Origin: Patescibacteria group bacterium
GTDB lineage: Bacteria; Patescibacteriota; Patescibacteriia; Patescibacteriales; UBA12465
Length of the DNA stretch: 64,000 nucleotides
Direction: 5' to 3'
Assembly (NCBI GenBank): GCA_041649315.1
Contig: JBAZNJ010000001.1
Span: forward strand, 133,869 to 197,868
Made by a program: the position numbers and the translations under genes. The notes beneath the pieces were generated by a model that was not told the origin of the DNA, did no database searches, and saw only the letters and a list, made by a program, of their open reading frames with translations. This document shows, in pieces, positions 59,515-64,000 of the stretch; the first letter of the stretch is position 1; each line of letters opens with the position of its first letter.

Positions 59515-60939
59515 ATGAAAAATCTCGTTAAAAATCTAATCCGACCCTTAAGCCGAGACGAAGATCTTAGGCAACAAGAACTTATCCTTAATATTCTGCT
59601 TGGCCTGTCAATTTTTTGCTTCACGATTTTAAACCTAATCCGTTTGAAAGATGTTTTAGCCGGCGTCGGAGATATCGGAATGCCGATTACCTATACTTTG
59701 CTGATTCTGCTATTTTTTATTTTTTTGCTTTGGCTTTCTAAAAAGGGCCGGATAAAAACCGCAGCTTGGCTCCTAATTATCACTTATTCCCTACCGATGT
59801 TCTATTCTTTTATCGCCTGGGGAGGAGATCTGCCGGCCGCCTTGCTGTTAGCGGTTTTGATTATCGCTTTATGCGGCATTCTAATCGGCCAGCGTTTTGT
59901 ACTTATTGCCACGGCCGCGATTAACTTATTTTTAATCGGACTGACTTATTTGCATAACCGAGGATTAATGGCGATTGATAATTCCTGGCGCGAAGGCCGG
60001 CATGAAATCGCTGACGCTATCGCCTACGCCGTAATCTTCCTAGTTATCGCCGGTGTCTGCTGGTTATTTTGCCGCGGGTTGAATCATGCCCTAAAACGGG
60101 CGCGGCAAAGCGAAAAAGCCTTAAAACAAGAACGCGATCTTTTAGAAATCAAGATTATTGAACGGACACAGGAATTACGCCAAGCCGAAGAAAAAAAAAT
60201 AAACCAACTGCATCGCGTCGCCGAATTCGGCCGGCTCTCTTCGGGGATTTTCCATGACTTAGTTAACCCTCTAACCGCGCTCTCGCTTAATCTTGAACAA
60301 ATAAAAAATGGCGAAGATAATAAAATAGGTGATAGTAAATCTTATTTAAGCCAAGCGCTTTTGGCAACACGAAAAATGTCCGATTTAATCGTTAGCATTA
60401 AAAGCCAGATCAAAGCCGACGGGAATCAGAAAGAATTTTCCGTTAACGAAGAAATAAAACAAATAATTCAAATTTTATCTTATAAAGCGCGGCAAGCGAA
60501 TATCCACCTGGATTTCCCCGCGACGCCGGAATACTGCCTCTACGGCGATCCGGTTAAGTTCGGCCAGATTATAAGTAACTTAATAAGCAACGCGATTGAA
60601 GCCAGTAACCCCGGCCAAACCGTAAAAATCAATCTGGAAAAACAAAGCGATTATCTTAAACTTAAAGTGAGTGATCATGGCCGCGGCATTGCTCCGGACG
60701 ACCTCCCGAAAATATTTGATTCATTTTTCAGCACCAAGAAAAACGAAGGGCAAAATTTAGGCATCGGCTTGGCTTCGGTTAAAAATATCTTAGCAAAAAA
60801 TTTCCAAGGAAAAATCTCGGTTATAAGCAAACTTGGACAAGGCAGTGAATTTTCTTTATTATTTCCCTTGCAAGTCGCGAGAAATGATAAATTAAAAAAT
60901 CAAACCGAAGAACAAGCCCTAATTAAAAAATGCCTTTAG
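59515..60939 (+). CDS. Sensor histidine kinase with a multi-TM membrane sensor
   Basis: ATG at 59515 (MKNLVKNL) preferred over the GTG at 59494 inside the terminator stem. About 6 TM helices, H-box SSGIFHDLVNPLTAL, N-box LISNAIEA, G-boxes DHGRGI and GIGLASV. Confidence 0.9.
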   Translation: MKNLVKNLIRPLSRDEDLRQQELILNILLGLSIFCFTILNLIRLKDVLAGVGDIGMPITYTLLILLFFIFLLWLSKKGRIKTAAWLLIITYSLPMFYSFIAWGGDLPAALLLAVLIIALCGILIGQRFVLIATAAINLFLIGLTYLHNRGLMAIDNSWREGRHEIADAIAYAVIFLVIAGVCWLFCRGLNHALKRARQSEKALKQERDLLEIKIIERTQELRQAEEKKINQLHRVAEFGRLSSGIFHDLVNPLTALSLNLEQIKNGEDNKIGDSKSYLSQALLATRKMSDLIVSIKSQIKADGNQKEFSVNEEIKQIIQILSYKARQANIHLDFPATPEYCLYGDPVKFGQIISNLISNAIEASNPGQTVKINLEKQSDYLKLKVSDHGRGIAPDDLPKIFDSFFSTKKNEGQNLGIGLASVKNILAKNFQGKISVISKLGQGSEFSLLFPLQVARNDKLKNQTEEQALIKKCL

Positions 60940-61781
60940 AAAAACCTTATTTCTGGCCGGAATGGTTCGCGGCCGGATTAAACGCGAGCGAAAAGAAAAA
61001 AATAAACCCTGAACTGATCTTAAAACTTAATCGCGCCAATCTCTATTTATGGCGCGCCTTGAATATTTATGACGATTTTCTAGATGGCACGGGGCAGGCA
61101 GCGCGCCTGCCTATAGCCAACCGCTATTATCGTCATTTTTTGGAAAGCTATTATCGATTAAATTTAAAAAGTGATTTTTATCGCTTATTAAATAAGATCT
61201 TAAATGACTTAGACGCGGCAAACCGCGCCGAAGCCGCGCTTGAAAAAATAAAAACAAAAAACGGAAAAATAATCATTCCCTCTCGCCTGCCACTTTTTGA
61301 ACCGTTAAGCTTATCCCGAAAATCCTTGGCGCTCGGTCTTGGCCCAATCGCCCTGCTCTCTACTCTCGGCTATCCGGCAAAAAGCGAAAAAATAAAAAAC
61401 ACTCTTAAATTTTTTCGCGCCGCTTTAGCCGCAAAACAATTAGCCGATGACGCGGCTGATTGGTTTGAGGACCTAAAAAACGGCGCTTTAAGCGCCGCCA
61501 ATGTTCTTGTTTTAAGAGCGGCGAAACGAGACGGCCTAACTCTTAAACCGGAAAGCGAACCGGAAATTCTATATCTCTTATTCGCGACCAAGGCCTCCGG
61601 CAAATTAGCCGCCGATATCAGCCGCTTATGTCGCCGCGCTCGCGCCCTAGCGGACACAATCGGACTGCGCACTAATAATCGCTTATTAAGAGAAATAATT
61701 TTGCCCTTAGAAGATGCCATAAAAGAAAGCGAGAGATTTAGGAAAGAGTTTTTTGGGGATGATATTTCTATCCCCTGTTGA
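60930..61781 (+). CDS. Isoprenoid (polyprenyl/terpene) synthase-like protein with two DDxxD motifs
   Basis: 283-aa all-alpha ORF. Its ATG overlaps the kinase stop by 10 nt. LNIYDDFLD (D48-D52, nt 61071-61085) and KQLADDAADWFEDL (D173-D177, nt 61446-61460). Confidence 0.5.
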   Translation: MPLEKPYFWPEWFAAGLNASEKKKINPELILKLNRANLYLWRALNIYDDFLDGTGQAARLPIANRYYRHFLESYYRLNLKSDFYRLLNKILNDLDAANRAEAALEKIKTKNGKIIIPSRLPLFEPLSLSRKSLALGLGPIALLSTLGYPAKSEKIKNTLKFFRAALAAKQLADDAADWFEDLKNGALSAANVLVLRAAKRDGLTLKPESEPEILYLLFATKASGKLAADISRLCRRARALADTIGLRTNNRLLREIILPLEDAIKESERFRKEFFGDDISIPC

Positions 61782-61950
61782 ATATGGCGCCTCTTTTTCC
61801 TCTTTGCAATCCTTCTTCTAAAATTGACTAAATTATGATAATGAGTTAAGTTAATATAATATTTTTAGGCGTAAAAAGTAAAAAATCGCCTCAAAATTTA
61901 TTTCCTTAACAAACAAATAAATACTATTGTTGAACAAATAAATAAGTAAA

Positions 61951-63378
61951 ATGGAAAAGAATCTTAATTTACCGGGAAATCCAAGATACCAGCCGGAACA
62001 GCTAAAACCTATCTTAGGTTATGATAATCTCTATCGGTCTTGGGGCGAAATTGAAATCGCTAAATTGGAAGTAATGAAAGAAATCGGAAAAATACCGGCG
62101 GCTGTTTGGGAACAGCTAACAGAGGAACATCGCTTGGCAATCTTGGGGATAACGACTTCTGAAACCGACGGAGTAGAACGCAAAATAACTAAACATGACG
62201 TTAATGCGCATAACAGATTAATGAAAGAAGTCCTGCCGCCGGAATTAGCAATTTATATCCATATGCCGCTTACTAGTTATGATAAAATAAGCAATGGATA
62301 TGTAATGATGTTTCGTGACGCTTTTCAGCAGGTCATCAAACCGGCCGCCAAAGAATTAATCGGCCATTTAGCTGATTTAACCGAGACCTTCGCGACAACC
62401 ACGCAAATCGGCCGGACGCACGGCCAACAAGCCCTGCCAATAACCGTTGGCTTCTGGTTCGCGACGCTTCTATACAGGATAACTTACAATTATTCCGAAC
62501 TTCGCAATAATTGTGAAAAGCTAAAAGGAAAAATTTCCGGTGCTACCGGCGCTTATAACGCCCAAGTCGCTCTCGGCTTCGATGACGATAAAACCGGAAA
62601 AAGTTTTGAGGAAATGGTGCTACATAAATTGAATTTGAAACCGGCACCAATAAGCACTCAGATTCTCTGCCCAGAAGCAGTTGCCTATTTCCTTTTTAGC
62701 GCGACTATGCTGTCGGCGGCGTTAGCCCAGTTTGGCCGCGATGGACGGCAATTAATGCGCACAGAAATCGGAGAAATTATTGAAAGTTTTGGTGCCGGCC
62801 AGGTCGGATCCTCGACGATGGCGCACAAACGCAATCCAATAAATTTCGAAAATACGGAAGGAATGTGGCTGAAAAACAAAAACGAATTTGGCAAAGTTAT
62901 GGATACTTTGATTAGCGAGCATCAACGCGATCTTGTAAACAGCTCGGTAATGCGTGACTATCCGATAATTTTAGTTAATTTAGCTTATCAGTTAAATACG
63001 CTGTTGCGCAAAGACCAATCCGGAGAACCATTTGTAAAACGGATAAAGGTTGATACTGAGTGCCTACAGAATAATTTATCATTAAATGCTAATTTGATAA
63101 TGGCCGAACCAATCTATATTTCTTTGCAATTGGCCGGCTATTCTCAAGACGCTCATGAACTTGTTAATCGCATTCTGACTCCAATGGCGAAAACCAGCGG
63201 TTTAACGATAATTTACCACTTAGAGGAGATGGCAAAAAATAATCAAGACATAAGTGGCGCTTTAGAAAAAATTCCGGATGAATTAAAAAATCTTTTTCGC
63301 AATCCGGAGCTTTACACTGGCAAAGCGGCCACCAAGGCCTTTGAAATCGCGGCCTGGGCCAGAAAAAAGATAGCCTAA
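61951..63378 (+). CDS. Adenylosuccinate lyase-like fumarate-lyase-family enzyme
   Basis: 475-aa ORF. TKHDV, TSYD, GRTHGQQALP and signature GSSTMAHKRNPINFEN. Confidence 0.85.
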   Translation: MEKNLNLPGNPRYQPEQLKPILGYDNLYRSWGEIEIAKLEVMKEIGKIPAAVWEQLTEEHRLAILGITTSETDGVERKITKHDVNAHNRLMKEVLPPELAIYIHMPLTSYDKISNGYVMMFRDAFQQVIKPAAKELIGHLADLTETFATTTQIGRTHGQQALPITVGFWFATLLYRITYNYSELRNNCEKLKGKISGATGAYNAQVALGFDDDKTGKSFEEMVLHKLNLKPAPISTQILCPEAVAYFLFSATMLSAALAQFGRDGRQLMRTEIGEIIESFGAGQVGSSTMAHKRNPINFENTEGMWLKNKNEFGKVMDTLISEHQRDLVNSSVMRDYPIILVNLAYQLNTLLRKDQSGEPFVKRIKVDTECLQNNLSLNANLIMAEPIYISLQLAGYSQDAHELVNRILTPMAKTSGLTIIYHLEEMAKNNQDISGALEKIPDELKNLFRNPELYTGKAATKAFEIAAWARKKIA

Positions 63379-63402
63379 CGCCTATCCTAACTCCTAAAAA
63401 CC

Positions 63403-63431
63403 AAAAATCCTCGCCAAAACGAGGATTTTTT
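63403..63431 (+). terminator. Intrinsic terminator after the lyase gene
   Basis: AATCCTCG (63406-63413), loop CCAAAA, CGAGGATT (63420-63427), then TTTT. Confidence 0.75.
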
Positions 63432-63610
63432 ACGTCTCTAGCCTATTTGTATTATTAAACTTTCACTGTTTTGCCAACATAACCGTAAAAAATTGACAAA
63501 AATTCTTATATTTTCACGGTTTTGGCTATAAAAACATTAAACCTTGAATTCATAAATCCTCACAATGATAAAATTAATTCTATATCTTTGTTATAGAATT
63601 AATTTCATTG

Positions 63611-63681
63611 CTGCGGGGCCTGGATTCGAACCAGGATAGCAGGATTCAAAGTCCCGAGTCCTACCGTTAGACGACCCCGCA
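63611..63681 (-). tRNA. tRNA-Gln (anticodon UUG)
   Basis: Hand-folded 71-nt cloverleaf UGCGGGG-UC-GUCU-AACGGUA-GGAC-U-CGGGA-CUUUGAA-UCCUG-CUAU-CCUGG-UUCGAAU-CCAGG-CCCCGCA-G. U1:A72 and G73. No encoded CCA. Confidence 0.9.
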
Positions 63682-64000
63682 ATTTATATTTATTCCCTCT
63701 ACCCAACCTTGTATTCTTCTATTTAAATTCGTGCTTCTGCGCACGATAACTCTTAATAATCCATAATAGCCTTCGCCACGATTCTTCCTGTTGCTACTAA
63801 TCTGATTGCGCTTCCAGGTCACTTTCTTAAATTCGTCTAGAGGGAACCCGGTCGCTTGAGACCAATATTTTTGCACTTCCGGTAATCTCTCGGCCGCTGT
63901 TTTATGGAGAAACAACCAAAAATGAATATCGTTCTTAGGTATTTTACAAATATCGATTAACCACTTTAAAAATACCTGTATCAAGAATCGATCAGAATTT
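63667..64000 (-). CDS. LAGLIDADG-type homing-endonuclease-like ORF, C-terminal part (5' end outside window)
   Basis: The frame stays open to the window edge (the track TTG start is not forced). FLKWLIDICKIPKNDIHFWLFLH...VQKYWSQATGFPLDEFKK...YYGLLRVIVRRSTNLNRRIQGW resembles this family from memory. Its 3' end overlaps the tRNA 5' end by 15 nt. Confidence 0.45.
   Translation of the reverse strand, partial: NSDRFLIQVFLKWLIDICKIPKNDIHFWLFLHKTAAERLPEVQKYWSQATGFPLDEFKKVTWKRNQISSNRKNRGEGYYGLLRVIVRRSTNLNRRIQGWVEGININCGVV

Noticed and set aside
61065-61085. IYDDF read as a reverse-transcriptase YxDD motif (retron/DGR).
   Set aside because: The protein is short and all-helical, with a second DDxxD 125 residues later. 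This is a prenyl-synthase-like pattern, and no RT motifs 1-4 or template/variable repeats are present.

Overview
Gene-dense 64-kb bacterial chromosome fragment, coded mostly on the minus strand. It looks like a streamlined Candidate Phyla Radiation / Patescibacteria-type genome. That is an inference from gene content, very short intergenic gaps, few Shine-Dalgarno sequences and a visibly AT-rich background. The standard code 11 fits. Recognisable content: ybaB-recR, rplU, murA, galU plus three GT2 glycosyltransferases, a complete dCMP-to-dTDP thymidylate operon, gatB, miaA, miaB, a GT-C membrane glycosyltransferase, mltG, groES-groEL and hrcA-grpE (both behind canonical CIRCE operators), uppP, a full F1Fo ATP synthase operon, tatD, an ECF sigma factor, dnaJ, a GH1 beta-glucosidase, dnaK, hsp20, a PBP2-type transpeptidase, an OmpR/histidine-kinase pair, a PurB-like lyase, tRNA-Gln(UUG) and a partial LAGLIDADG-like ORF. 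I saw no rRNA, CRISPR array, transposase, integrase or reverse transcriptase. Most interesting observations: (1) An ECF sigma gene overlaps by 8 nt the start of a ~1714-aa protein with an anti-sigma-like N-terminus, one TM helix and a thioester-less alpha-2-macroglobulin-like ectodomain. (2) A compact signalling locus at 58.0-61.8 kb has a 29-nt operator-like box present twice, each followed by a short ORF and a strong hairpin placed ahead of the regulator gene and the kinase gene. The kinase gene overlaps a protein carrying two DDxxD motifs in prenyl-synthase-like context. (3) A GC-rich ~160-nt palindromic insertion flanked by a perfect 14-bp direct repeat sits between two glycosyltransferase genes. 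(4) Three orphan plus-strand promoter-to-terminator units lie in minus-strand territory. (5) The chaperone cluster is unusual: DUF1653-GrpE fusion, compact HrcA, structured hsp20 leader, and dnaK split from dnaJ by unrelated genes. All functional calls rest on motif recognition by eye. No database search or folding computation was run.
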